DNA of 51,611 nt, taken from positions 1 to 51,611 of the forward strand of contig JBDIWC010000030.1 in the NCBI GenBank assembly GCA_039794085.1, given 5' to 3'. Position numbers and translations under genes: made by a program. The notes beneath the pieces were generated by a model that searched no databases, was not told the origin of the DNA, and saw only the letters and a program-made list of their open reading frames with translations. Within the stretch, counting starts at the first letter, position 1, and each line of letters begins with the position of its first letter. Shown here piece by piece: positions 29,341 through 39,163 of this stretch. The DNA is from Gemmatimonadales bacterium (GTDB taxonomy: Bacteria > Gemmatimonadota > Gemmatimonadetes > Gemmatimonadales > GWC2-71-9).

Positions 29341-30273
29341 GTGACCGCGCACCCCCCGGCGGTGTGGCTCGGGTTCACGCTGCTGGTCGGGGTGCTCCTG
29401 GTCCTCGACCTCGGCGTTCTCAACCGACGATCCCACACCCTCGCTCCCCACCAGGCATTGGCGTGGAGCGGGGGTGTCGTCGCAATGGCCCTCCTCTTCG
29501 GGGTGTTCCTCGGACTGCGCGAGGGTTCGACCCACGCCCTGGAGTATTACACCGGGTACCTGATTGAGCTCACCCTCTCGGTCGACAACCTCTTCGTCTT
29601 CATCCTGATCTTTCAGTATTTCGCCGTCCCCGCCGCCCTGCAGCCCAGGGTCCTCAAATGGGGCATCCTCGGAGCCATCGTCATGCGAGGCGTCATGATT
29701 GGTGCCGGTGCCCTCCTCCTGAGTCGCTTCACCTGGATCATCTGGGTGTTCGGAGGAATCCTCATCATCACCGGAATCCGGATGTTCCGGGAGGCCCCCT
29801 CCCGGATCGAACCGGAGCACAATCCGGTCGTCCGGCTGGCCCGCCGACTCTTCCCCTTTACCCGGGCCTACGCCCGGGACGGCCGCTTCTTTATTCGCAC
29901 CCGGCGGGGATGGGTCGCGACACCGCTCGTGCTGGTGGTCCTGATGATCGAGTGGTCCGACCTGGTCTTTGCCATCGACAGCATCCCGGCCGTCTTCGCC
30001 GTCACCCGCGACCCCTTCATCGTCTACAGCTCGAATGTGTTCGCCATCATCGGCCTTCGCGCCCTCTACCTTGTTCTGGCCGGTGCCCTCGATCGTTTCT
30101 CGTATCTCAAGCCGGGGGTGGCTCTCATCCTCCTTTTCGTCGGGGTCAAGATGGTGGTCAGTCCCTGGGCCCACCTCCCGCCGGCCTGGTCTCTGGTGAT
30201 CATCATGACCATCCTCACCACGGCGGTTGGCGCCTCCCTCGTCCTCCGCCCTTGGGGAACCCGAGCCGTGTGA
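29341..30273 (+). CDS. terC: TerC/Alx family membrane protein
   Basis: LSVDNLFVF, DLVFAIDSIPA, SNVFAIIGLRALY. Confidence 0.93.
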   Translation: MTAHPPAVWLGFTLLVGVLLVLDLGVLNRRSHTLAPHQALAWSGGVVAMALLFGVFLGLREGSTHALEYYTGYLIELTLSVDNLFVFILIFQYFAVPAALQPRVLKWGILGAIVMRGVMIGAGALLLSRFTWIIWVFGGILIITGIRMFREAPSRIEPEHNPVVRLARRLFPFTRAYARDGRFFIRTRRGWVATPLVLVVLMIEWSDLVFAIDSIPAVFAVTRDPFIVYSSNVFAIIGLRALYLVLAGALDRFSYLKPGVALILLFVGVKMVVSPWAHLPPAWSLVIIMTILTTAVGASLVLRPWGTRAV

Positions 30274-30358
30274 TCACCCTGTGCGACTGGCGCACGGTGG
30301 AACGTCCCCCAGACTACATTTCGGACTGTCCAACGACACCGCCACACGGAATCCAATC

Positions 30359-30823
30359 ATGTCGATTTCACGAACCCTCCTGATCGGACTCTCCCTCCTC
30401 GCCGGTACTGGCTGCTCCTCAGGATCGAGCGGAAACACCAGCTCTCAGGAGACCTTGAACCTGGCTCGCGCCGCCTGGGTGAGTTCGGGGATCACAACCT
30501 ACTCCTTCACCATGCTCCGATCCTGCCTCTGCACCGGGGGAACCCAGATCGCCCGGGTGGAGGTGGCGAACGGAAACATCGTCAGCCTGACCGACGAGAC
30601 GACCGGCGCACCGGTGACGGCCCCCTCCGACACCTTGTTCCGGACCTTCATAGGCCTCTTCGACCTCGCCCAGGACATCCTCGACCGCAATCCCGATTCC
30701 GTGACCCTCCGCTGGCAGTCCCAACTCGGCCATCCGGTCGACATCCTCGCGAACTTCGAGTTCCAGCGCGTGGACGACGACCTCAGCATCAGGATCTCGG
30801 ACGTCGTGCTCCCGGAGTCGTGA
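30359..30823 (+). CDS. Lipoprotein (DUF6174-like)
   Basis: Lipobox-like AGTGC; W...GIT.YSF...SCLC; LFD; G.P...DD. Confidence 0.7.
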   Translation: MSISRTLLIGLSLLAGTGCSSGSSGNTSSQETLNLARAAWVSSGITTYSFTMLRSCLCTGGTQIARVEVANGNIVSLTDETTGAPVTAPSDTLFRTFIGLFDLAQDILDRNPDSVTLRWQSQLGHPVDILANFEFQRVDDDLSIRISDVVLPES

Positions 30824-30970
30824 GACTTGCCCCGGGATCAGGGGTGCAGATAGGTTCGTTCGCGTGAACCCACACATCACCCGATCCAGGCCTCCCTGCT
30901 CCACCCTCGACCGGGCGCACCCAGTGCGCGCCGGCGGAGGGAAGCCGGGCAGACGGGGATAGCGATCCAC

Positions 30971-32038
30971 GTGAACCGGGATACCCCAGACGCCCCGCCG
31001 CGGAACTCGCCGGGGCGTCCGTCGCATGGGACCCACGACGTGGTGACCCTCGCGCGCCAACTCGTCTCCATTCCCTCTCCCACCGGTGAGGAAGGGGAGG
31101 TCGCGTCATTTCTGGCGAACCTTCTGAGCCGCCACGGGTGGCAGGTTCACCGCCAGGAGGTCACCCCCGGACGAGACAATCTCTACGCCACGCGGAACAC
31201 GCCGGTCCTGGTCCTCTCGACCCATCTCGATACCGTCCCGGGAGGACCGGCCCCGCACGAGGACACCAGCACGATGTGGGGACGAGGTATCGTCGACGCC
31301 AAGGGAATCGCCGCCGCCATGGTCACCGCCGCGGAAACGCTCGCGGACGAGGGGGAGGACCGGATCGGGCTCCTCTTCCTGGTCGGGGAGGAGGACGGGT
31401 CGGATGGCGCCCTGGCGGCCGCCACCCTCTCGGGCACGGGGCGATTCCTGGTCAATGGGGAGCCCACGGAGAACCGTCTCGCCATCGGACAGAAGGGAAC
31501 TCTCCGCGTCACCCTCACCGCCTCCGGATCCGCGGCGCACTCGGGGTATCCCGAACTCGGACGATCCGCCATCGATCCCCTGCTCGATGCGCTCCACGCC
31601 ATCCGGTCCCTGGCCCTCCCGACGGACCCGGTACTCGGTCCCTCCACGCTGAACATCGGCCGTCTCTCCGGCGGAGTGGCGCCCAACGTGATTCCACCTC
31701 ATGCGTCCGCCGAGCTGCTGATCCGCACCGTCGGACCATCCGGCCCCCTCCGCGACACCATTACCGCCATCGCCGAGCCCCTCGGCGTGATCGCCAGCTT
31801 CCCCCTGGAGATTCCGCCCGTCTGGTCCACTCCGCTCGACGGGTGGGATACGACGGTCGTATCCTACACCTCCGACTGGCCCCTCCTCTCCGCCTGGGGC
31901 ACCGGCTACCAACTGGGACCGGGCAGCATCCGGGTGGCCCACACCGACGACGAACGGATCACCAAGGCGGAATTGCGCGAGGGGATCTCGGCCTACATCC
32001 GCCTGATTCGCACGCTCCTGGAAGCCGATCGGACATGA
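30971..32038 (+). CDS. M20/ArgE-DapE family metallo-hydrolase (probable DapE role)
   Basis: STHLDTV, GRGIVDAKG, GEE, GEPT, AHS, AHT; heads the dap operon. Confidence 0.85.
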   Translation: MNRDTPDAPPRNSPGRPSHGTHDVVTLARQLVSIPSPTGEEGEVASFLANLLSRHGWQVHRQEVTPGRDNLYATRNTPVLVLSTHLDTVPGGPAPHEDTSTMWGRGIVDAKGIAAAMVTAAETLADEGEDRIGLLFLVGEEDGSDGALAAATLSGTGRFLVNGEPTENRLAIGQKGTLRVTLTASGSAAHSGYPELGRSAIDPLLDALHAIRSLALPTDPVLGPSTLNIGRLSGGVAPNVIPPHASAELLIRTVGPSGPLRDTITAIAEPLGVIASFPLEIPPVWSTPLDGWDTTVVSYTSDWPLLSAWGTGYQLGPGSIRVAHTDDERITKAELREGISAYIRLIRTLLEADRT

Positions 32039-33096
32039 CTCCCCCGTCGAGTCGCATCCCGGTCGCCATTCTGGGCGCCACCGGCACGGTGGGCCAGAAG
32101 TTCGTGCGCCTCCTGGACGGTCACCCCTGGTTCGAGGTGGTGGCCCTGGCGGCGAGCGAGCGGAGTGCCGGACGCCCCTACGCCGACGTGGTCCGGTGGC
32201 GCGAGACGACCCCCCTTCCCGAGGCCGTGGCGAAGATGGTGGTGGCGCCCTCCGAACCGCCGCTCCCGGGACGCATCGTTTTCTCGGCCCTCGAGGCGGA
32301 GATCGCCACTCCGATCGAGCAGGCCTTTGCCCGTGCCGGGGCCACCGTCGTCACCAACACCCGCAACCACCGCATGGCGGAGGATGTCCCCCTCGTCATT
32401 CCGGAGGTCAACGGCCATCACCTCGACGTGCTCCCCAGGCAGCGGGCCGGCCGTGGCTGGACCGGCGCGCTCGTGGCCAATCCGAACTGCAGCACAGCGG
32501 GTCTCGCGATGGTGCTGGCGCCCCTGCACCGTGCCTTCGGTGTGGATCGGATCGTGGTGAACACGATGCAGGCCGTGTCAGGCGCCGGCTACCCCGGGGT
32601 GGCCTCGCTCGACATCCTCGACAACGTGATCCCCTTCATCGGGGGCGAGGAGGAGAAGATCGCCGCCGAAACCTGCAAGTTGTTGGGAGACATGACCGCG
32701 GGCACCTTCAGGAATGCCGCAATCGCCGTGAGCGCGCACACCAACCGGGTTCCGGTGATCGACGGGCACACCGAAACGGTCTCCGTCGGATTCGCACGGC
32801 GTGTCACCCCCGACGAGGTGCGCCACGCGCTGCTCGCCGCCGCTCCGTCCGACCTCCTCCGCTCCCTCCCCTCCACGCCCGAGCACCCGATCGTGGTGGA
32901 CCCTCGACCCGACCGGCCACAACCACGGCTCGACCGGGACCGGGGCCGGGGCATGACGGTCACGGTGGGCCGGATCCGCCCCTGCCCCGTGCTCGACGTG
33001 CGCCTCGTCCTTCTGGTGCACAACACGATCCGCGGCGCCGCGGGTCTCGCGATTCAGGACGCCGAACTGCTCGTCGCCCGGGGAGATGTGGCGTGA
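32035..33096 (+). CDS. asd: Aspartate-semialdehyde dehydrogenase
   Basis: GATGTVGQ, HPWFE, NPNCST, QAVSGAG, HNTIRGAA. Confidence 0.95.
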   Translation: MTPPSSRIPVAILGATGTVGQKFVRLLDGHPWFEVVALAASERSAGRPYADVVRWRETTPLPEAVAKMVVAPSEPPLPGRIVFSALEAEIATPIEQAFARAGATVVTNTRNHRMAEDVPLVIPEVNGHHLDVLPRQRAGRGWTGALVANPNCSTAGLAMVLAPLHRAFGVDRIVVNTMQAVSGAGYPGVASLDILDNVIPFIGGEEEKIAAETCKLLGDMTAGTFRNAAIAVSAHTNRVPVIDGHTETVSVGFARRVTPDEVRHALLAAAPSDLLRSLPSTPEHPIVVDPRPDRPQPRLDRDRGRGMTVTVGRIRPCPVLDVRLVLLVHNTIRGAAGLAIQDAELLVARGDVA

Positions 33097-34445
33097 TCGT
33101 CGCCAAGTTCGGGGGGACCTCGGTGGGCGACGCCGAGGCGATTCGTCGTCTCCTTCGCATCGTCAGCGACCGCCTCCCCGAACAACCGGTGGTGGTGGTC
33201 TCGGCCCTCGCCGGCGTTACCGATCAACTGCTCCGCCTCGCCACCATGACGGCCCACGGCGACGGAGACGCGGTCCGGGACGGTATCTTCGCGCTCGCCA
33301 CGCGCCACCGCGACGTGGCCGACTCCCTGGGGCTCGACGAGGCCGCCATCGCCCCGGTGCTGGAGGAGATCGCCCAGATCGGAGTGGTCCTCGCGGGACG
33401 ATCCGGCCGCACGGCCACGCCGGAGGAACTCGACTGGCTCGCCGGCCATGGGGAGCTGTGGAGCAGTGCAATGATCGTCGCGGCCGGCATCGGCGCCGGC
33501 CTCCCGCTGGTGCTGGTCGACGTGCGGTCCGTCATGCGGACCGACGCGCGATTCACCCGGGCCACGCCGGACCGGGCCGCCCTGGCCCAGGCCGCTCCCC
33601 GGGTGTTCGGTCCGCTCCTGGAACAGGGCAAGGTCCCCGTCACCCAGGGGTTCCTGGGCCGAGCCCCCGACGACCGCCCGACGACTTTGGGCCGGGGCGG
33701 CTCCGACTTCACTGCCACGCTGCTCGGGGGGGCACTCGGCGCCACCCGCGTGGAGATCTGGACCGACGTGGATGGGCTCATGACCGCCGATCCGCGCGTC
33801 GTGCCCCATGCCCGCCGCCTCACCGTCGCCACCTACGAGGAGGCCGCCGAACTGGCCACCTTCGGAGCCAAGGTGCTGCACCCCGCGACCCAGCTCCCCC
33901 TGGTGGAAGCCGGAATTCCGATCCACATTCTCAACTCGAGACGCCCCGAGGGACCGGGAACCCGGATCGTGGCCGGCGTGGACTTCGGCCTCGCCTCCGG
34001 GCCGGTCCGGTCCATCTCCTGGAAGCGGGGCATCACGGTGATCACCGTCCAGGCCCCCCGCATGCTGGGCGCCTACGGGTTTCTCCGGCGTCTGTTCGAG
34101 ATCTTCGAGCGGCACGAGGTGGTGGTCGACGTGCTGGCCAGCAGCGAGGTAAGCGTGTCCCTGACCATCGAGGACGAGGCGGCGCTCGGATTTCTCCGGC
34201 CCGAGCTGGAGGCCCTGGGACGGGTCGACGTCGCCACCGGGCGGGCCATCGTGGCCGTGGTGGGAATCGGATTGCGCACCACGCCGGGCATCGCGGCGCG
34301 ACTCTTCGGCGCCATCAGCGACACCAACGTTGAGGTGATCTCGCAGGGATCGTCCGCGATCAACGTGACCTTTGTCGTGCGCGCGGAGGAGGCGCCCGGC
34401 GTGGTGCGCCGCCTGCACGACGCCTTCATCGGCACGGAGGGCTGA
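33093..34445 (+). CDS. lysC: Aspartokinase
   Basis: KFGGTSVG, TTLGRGGSD, WTDVDG..TADPR, GAKVLHP, two ACT domains. Confidence 0.95.
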   Translation: MIVAKFGGTSVGDAEAIRRLLRIVSDRLPEQPVVVVSALAGVTDQLLRLATMTAHGDGDAVRDGIFALATRHRDVADSLGLDEAAIAPVLEEIAQIGVVLAGRSGRTATPEELDWLAGHGELWSSAMIVAAGIGAGLPLVLVDVRSVMRTDARFTRATPDRAALAQAAPRVFGPLLEQGKVPVTQGFLGRAPDDRPTTLGRGGSDFTATLLGGALGATRVEIWTDVDGLMTADPRVVPHARRLTVATYEEAAELATFGAKVLHPATQLPLVEAGIPIHILNSRRPEGPGTRIVAGVDFGLASGPVRSISWKRGITVITVQAPRMLGAYGFLRRLFEIFERHEVVVDVLASSEVSVSLTIEDEAALGFLRPELEALGRVDVATGRAIVAVVGIGLRTTPGIAARLFGAISDTNVEVISQGSSAINVTFVVRAEEAPGVVRRLHDAFIGTEG

Positions 34446-35137
34446 TGCGCATCGCCATCGTCGGAACCGGTCGCATGGGCGCGGCCGTGGCCACCGTGGC
34501 CGAGTCGCGAGGCCACGAGATCGTGGCGCGGGTCGGCAGGGAGGAGAATGGAGACGGGTTGACCCGCGCGCAGTTGGGGAACCCCGACGTGGTGGTGGAG
34601 TTCACCCGCCCCGATGTCGTGGAGACCAACCTTCGCCGGCTGCTCGCCCTCGATCTGCCGGTGGTGACCGGCACCACCGGGTGGCTCGATCATCTCCCCG
34701 AGGTGACCCGCCTCGTCGCGGAGCGATCGGGTGCGCTGCTCCACGCCGTCAACTTCTCCATCGGGGTGCAGCTCTTTCTTCGCGCGGCGGAATCGCTCGC
34801 CTCCGCGGCTCGGGGCCTCGACACCTTCGACGCCGCCGTCACCGAGACCCATCACACCGCAAAGCGGGACGCCCCCTCCGGCACCGCCCTCGACCTGCAG
34901 GCCCGACTCCGCGCCTGTGACCCCGATCACCCCTTTCCCATCACCGCGCTCCGCCTCGGATCGGTGCCGGGCACCCACCAGGTGCTCTACGACGGTCCCG
35001 GTGAATCCATCACCCTGACGCACACGGCGCGGGATCGATCGATCTTTGCCGAAGGAGCGATCCGCGCTGCCGAGTGGCTCCCCGGTCACCCGGGGGTGCA
35101 CACCTTTGCCGACATGCTCTTTGGAGGATCCTCATGA
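34445..35137 (+). CDS. dapB: 4-hydroxy-tetrahydrodipicolinate reductase
   Basis: GTGRMG, GTTGW, NFSIG, ETHH.AKRDAPSGTA. Confidence 0.95.
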   Translation: MRIAIVGTGRMGAAVATVAESRGHEIVARVGREENGDGLTRAQLGNPDVVVEFTRPDVVETNLRRLLALDLPVVTGTTGWLDHLPEVTRLVAERSGALLHAVNFSIGVQLFLRAAESLASAARGLDTFDAAVTETHHTAKRDAPSGTALDLQARLRACDPDHPFPITALRLGSVPGTHQVLYDGPGESITLTHTARDRSIFAEGAIRAAEWLPGHPGVHTFADMLFGGSS

Positions 35138-36012
35138 GCTTCACCGGATGCGGAACCGCGATTGTGACCCCGATGCGCGGCGATGGCGCGCTCGATCTGG
35201 AGGCGCTGCGACGGCTCGTGGAATGGCAGATCACGGAAGGAATCGACTTCCTGGTGCCGTGCGGATCCACCGGGGAGGCCCAGACCCTCACCCCGTTGGA
35301 ACGGGAGACGGTGGTGCGCACCGTGGTCGAGACCACCGCGGGCCGGGTTCCGGTGGTGGTCGGCGCCACCGACAACGACACCCGCCGCGCCGTGGACGAG
35401 ACCAGGGCCATGTGCGCACTCGGCGTGCAGGGGATCCTGAGCGCCACACCCTACTACAACAAGCCCACGCCGGAGGGCCTCCGTCGCCATTTCGAGGCCG
35501 TGGCCGATGCCTCCACCGTTCCGGTGATCCTGTACAACGTGCCGGGGCGCACCGGGCTCAACATGCGCCCCGACACCGTCCTGGCGCTCGCGGCGCATCC
35601 GCGCATTGCCGGGATCAAGGAGGCGAGCGGCGATCTCCTGCAGGCCATGGCTATCCTCGCCGACCGGCCAGAGGGGTTCGTCGTCCTGTCGGGGGAGGAT
35701 GCCCTCACGGTTGGCATGGTGGCCTGCGGGGGAGACGGGCTCATCTCCGTCACCAGCAACGAGGCGCCCGGCCCCATGACCGAGATGGTCCGCGCCGCCC
35801 GCACCGGGAACCTGGCGAGGGCTCGTGCCCTGCTCTACCGGCTCCTTCCCCTGATTGACGCGAACTTTGCCGAGACCAACCCCGGCCCGGTCAAGGCTGC
35901 GCTCCACCTGATGGGCCACATCGAGAACGTGCTCCGGCTGCCGCTGGTACCCGTTTCGGAGACCACCACGGAGCGCCTGCGCGATGCGCTGGCCCGGGCG
36001 GGGGCGGCATGA
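35134..36012 (+). CDS. dapA: 4-hydroxy-tetrahydrodipicolinate synthase
   Basis: GSTGE, PYYNKP, LYNVPGRT, GIKEASG, ETNP.PVK. Confidence 0.96.
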   Translation: MSFTGCGTAIVTPMRGDGALDLEALRRLVEWQITEGIDFLVPCGSTGEAQTLTPLERETVVRTVVETTAGRVPVVVGATDNDTRRAVDETRAMCALGVQGILSATPYYNKPTPEGLRRHFEAVADASTVPVILYNVPGRTGLNMRPDTVLALAAHPRIAGIKEASGDLLQAMAILADRPEGFVVLSGEDALTVGMVACGGDGLISVTSNEAPGPMTEMVRAARTGNLARARALLYRLLPLIDANFAETNPGPVKAALHLMGHIENVLRLPLVPVSETTTERLRDALARAGAA

Positions 36013-36860
36013 GCGCATCCGGGAAGGAGGCCTTGCGTCCGGTCATCGAACGGTACACCGGCGGGGTGCCCGACCGTGAGCGCGCGGCGGCGCTCGCGGT
36101 GTTCCTGGAGTTTCGCGATGCCCTCACCCGGGGCGAGATCCGCGCGGCGGAACGGAATACACCAGGAGACTGGACCACCAACACCTGGGTCAAGCAGGGG
36201 ATCCTGCTGGGTTTCCGGCTCGGGGCTCTGGAGGCGCTCCCGTCGGCCGGTCCCCTGACCTTCGTGGACAAGAACACCTTCCCCCCCCGGACCTTCCGTG
36301 TCGAGGACGGGATCCGCGTGGTGCCGGGGGGGTCAACTGTTCGTGAGGGGGCTTATGTGGCCCGCGGGGTCGTCTGCATGCCCCCGATGTACATCAATGT
36401 CGGCGCGTACGTGGACGAGGGAACGATGGTGGACAGCCATGCGCTCGTGGGGTCGTGCGCGCAGATCGGCAAGCGGGTGCATCTCTCCGCCGCGGCGCAG
36501 ATCGGCGGGGTGCTCGAACCGGCCGGGGCGCTCCCGGTGATCATCGAGGACGACGTGCTGGTCGGGGGGAACTGCGGAGTGTACGAGGGGACGATCGTGC
36601 GGGAGAGGGCGGTGCTGGCACCCGGGGTCCTGCTCACCGGCGGAACCCCGGTGATCGACCTGGTGCACGACCGGGTGCTGCGGCGCGAGGGTACGGCCCC
36701 GCTGGAGATCCCGGCGGGTGCCGTGGTGGTTCCCGGGACCCGCCCGGTGCGGCACGGGCCCGGCGCGGATGCGGGTGTCGCCCTCTACGCGGCGGTGATC
36801 GTGAAGTACCGGGACGCGCGGACCGATGCCGCGGTGATGTTGGAGGAACTGTTGCGGTAG
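36009..36860 (+). CDS. dapD: Tetrahydrodipicolinate N-succinyltransferase
   Basis: WVKQGILLGFR, RVVPGG, NVGAYVDEGTMVD, GSCAQIG, GGVLEP. Confidence 0.95.
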   Translation: MSASGKEALRPVIERYTGGVPDRERAAALAVFLEFRDALTRGEIRAAERNTPGDWTTNTWVKQGILLGFRLGALEALPSAGPLTFVDKNTFPPRTFRVEDGIRVVPGGSTVREGAYVARGVVCMPPMYINVGAYVDEGTMVDSHALVGSCAQIGKRVHLSAAAQIGGVLEPAGALPVIIEDDVLVGGNCGVYEGTIVRERAVLAPGVLLTGGTPVIDLVHDRVLRREGTAPLEIPAGAVVVPGTRPVRHGPGADAGVALYAAVIVKYRDARTDAAVMLEELLR

Positions 36861-36879
36861 TAGGCCGGGGAAAGAGCGA

Positions 36880-38236
36880 GGAGGGAATGGGGAGTAGGGA
36901 GTAGTCCCTTACGGACAAGATTGAACACAAAAAAGCAACAATAGTTTGGGCGACGCCCGGAAACCCTTACGGGCAGCGTGTTTGAGGACGTTTGGAAAGG
37001 CATCCAACTTGGAGGCCTCTCGGGAGATGAACAAGAGTCGCGGCGCGTACCGTGACCAGGCGATTGGTTTTTCCCGGGGCTGACGCCCTTTGCTCGGCCA
37101 GGGGAGGTGGGAAGGGCGGTTCACGAACCGCCCCTACGCGCCACAGAGGAGCTCGGGCGACCACCCGGCCGTGTGAACGGCCTCTCGCCGCCGAGCCCGG
37201 GGCGAAAGCCCCGGGGAACCCACGCGACCCCGAGGCGCCTCTTTGGTTCCGGCTCTGTCGGCTTAGGACAGAGAACATGGGACAGTAGTCCCTTACGGAC
37301 AAACATTGAGCACAAAACGGCAACAATCTTTCGGGCAACTCCCGCCCCCCCCCGGCAGACACATCGATCGCAACGGCCGCGCCGTGCGAGGGAGATGGCC
37401 CCAAAAAGCACAGAAGTCACAAGAGGCACATCTCGGTGCGCCTGGGGGCCCACCAGGGGCGAGAGAGGTTTCTGTGCCTTTTGTGCTTCTTGTGGTTGGC
37501 TCTGGGGGTGGGGAGAGGGCTCCGGAGGGACAGGAACCCATGCCGAAGAAACCCCACGCGCGACCCCGACGCGCTTCTCTGGTTCCGGCTCTGCCGGCTT
37601 AGGGAATGGGGAGTAGGGGTGATGCGACGGGAGGAAGGAGGAAGACGGGCTGTCATCCCGAGCCGCAGGCGAGGGATCCGAGACCGACGCGGGTGTACTT
37701 CCCGTCGTCGGGACCACGATGCCGACCCTTTGAAACCAGCCGGGGCGCACGGCAGAGAGATTGGCGACACGGAGCCCGCCGCCTGCGTGGCCGCCTCCGA
37801 TCGACACCAAGGCTGCGGGGGGCGCAGCGTGTTGCGCCCTGTTCCCCGCATTTGTGAATTATTTCACAAGCCACCGAGGCAGGCCAAGGCAACGGGTGGC
37901 GGTTCCTGCACCCGGTGGCGCGTAGGGGCGGTTCGTGAACCGCCCACCGCAACGGGCCGAGCAAGGGGCGGGTAGGGGCACAGCGTGCTGCGCCCTTCCC
38001 GGAAACGGGATCCATTGCCGCAGGCGCCGAGCCCGGTCATGAGCCAGGGAATTCCGGCATGAAGGTCACCCATCACCCGCTGCGCCGTACGCCCGCTCAC
38101 GAGATCGCCACGGACCCCTGCGGGGTCCTCGCGATGACGATACCGGGGATTCGGCTTTCGCCGAGGTGACGTCCCGTGGATTGTGAACGGGCGAACGCCG
38201 TTCGCCCCTACTTCAAACTTCGAACTTCAAACTTCC
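36880..38236. repeat. ~1.35-kb non-coding mosaic of repeats (GTAG palindromes, 9-mer inverted arrays, heptamers, local duplications)
   Basis: GTAG palindromes at 37114-37137, 37922-37945, 37972-37995 and 38189-38211; duplicated GTAGTCCCTTACGGACAA and GGTTCCGGCTCTG(T/C)CGGCTTAGG. Confidence 0.85.
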
Positions 38237-38243
38237 CTGCCGC

Positions 38244-39110
38244 CTACCCCAGGGACAACCCCCCGTCCACCACCAGCGTCTGGCCGGTGATGTGGCGGGC
38301 CTCATCCGAACAGAGAAACGCCACCACGTTCGCGATGTCGCCGGGATCCGCCAGCCGGCCCAGCACCGATCGCTTGCGGGCCCGGTCGATCACGTCGGGC
38401 GGAAGCTCCTCCAGCCGTTCCGTGCGCACGAACCCGGGGGCCACCGCGTTCACGTTCACATTGGCCGGGCCGAGCTCCACCGCGGCGCTCCGGGTCAGCG
38501 CCTCGAGTCCCGCCTTGCTCGCCGCATAGCTCGCCACACCGAACCCGGGACGGATCGCCTGGTGGCTCGACACCGAAACCACCTTCCCGAACCGCTGCTG
38601 CCGGAACACCGGCGACAGCTCGGCGATGCAGTTGAAGGCCCCCGTCAGGTTCGTCTCGATGACATCGTTCCAGGTGGCGGGACTCAAGCGCCACAGCGCT
38701 CCGTCCTTGGCGATGCCCGCATTGTTGATGAGGTAGTGCACCGTGCCGAACCGCTCGCACGCCTGCCGCATGAACTCCGCGACCTCCACCCGGTTCCGGA
38801 TGTCACAACAGTTGGCGTAGACCTCGACCCCCATGGCGGTGAGCGAGGTCTCGGTGAGCAGGGCGCTCTCCCGCACATCCCGGCCCGGGAGATCCTTGAA
38901 GCAGAAGACGATGTTGCATCCCTGGCGGGCGAACTCCATCGCGATCGCCCGACCGAGTCCGGTGGCGCCCCCGGTGATGAGGGCCACTCTGCCCCGGTGT
39001 CCCGCTCCGGAGTCGACCGAGGGCTTCGGCTCGGTCAGAGTGGCCCCGGCGGTCCCCTCGGGTGCCCCGGCATGCCAAGGGGTACCCCGGCTCGGATTGG
39101 GATAGGGCAT
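38244..39110 (-). CDS. SDR family oxidoreductase (FabG-like)
   Basis: TGGATGLG, NNAG, YAASK, NVNAVAPG, TGQTLVVDGG; start uncertain. Confidence 0.92.
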   Translation of the reverse strand: MPYPNPSRGTPWHAGAPEGTAGATLTEPKPSVDSGAGHRGRVALITGGATGLGRAIAMEFARQGCNIVFCFKDLPGRDVRESALLTETSLTAMGVEVYANCCDIRNRVEVAEFMRQACERFGTVHYLINNAGIAKDGALWRLSPATWNDVIETNLTGAFNCIAELSPVFRQQRFGKVVSVSSHQAIRPGFGVASYAASKAGLEALTRSAAVELGPANVNVNAVAPGFVRTERLEELPPDVIDRARKRSVLGRLADPGDIANVVAFLCSDEARHITGQTLVVDGGLSLG

Positions 39111-39163
39111 AGATGTCGAAGCTACGGGCGCCCGCGGCATGCCGCAAGGCGTCCCCTCACCCG

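Noticed and set aside
30824..30970. Lysine riboswitch upstream of the dap operon
   Set aside because: Short gap with no recognisable L-box motifs.
31138..34445. Apparent long N-terminal extensions on asd and lysC (also mobB, SDR 38244, DUF1028, ferredoxin)
   Set aside because: ORF-caller artefacts; motif-supported starts lie downstream, mostly overlapping upstream stops (ATGA/GTGA).
36861..38243. Transposase or protein-coding gene in the gap
   Set aside because: No ORF with HUH, DDE or other recognisable motifs; the region is repeat-derived.
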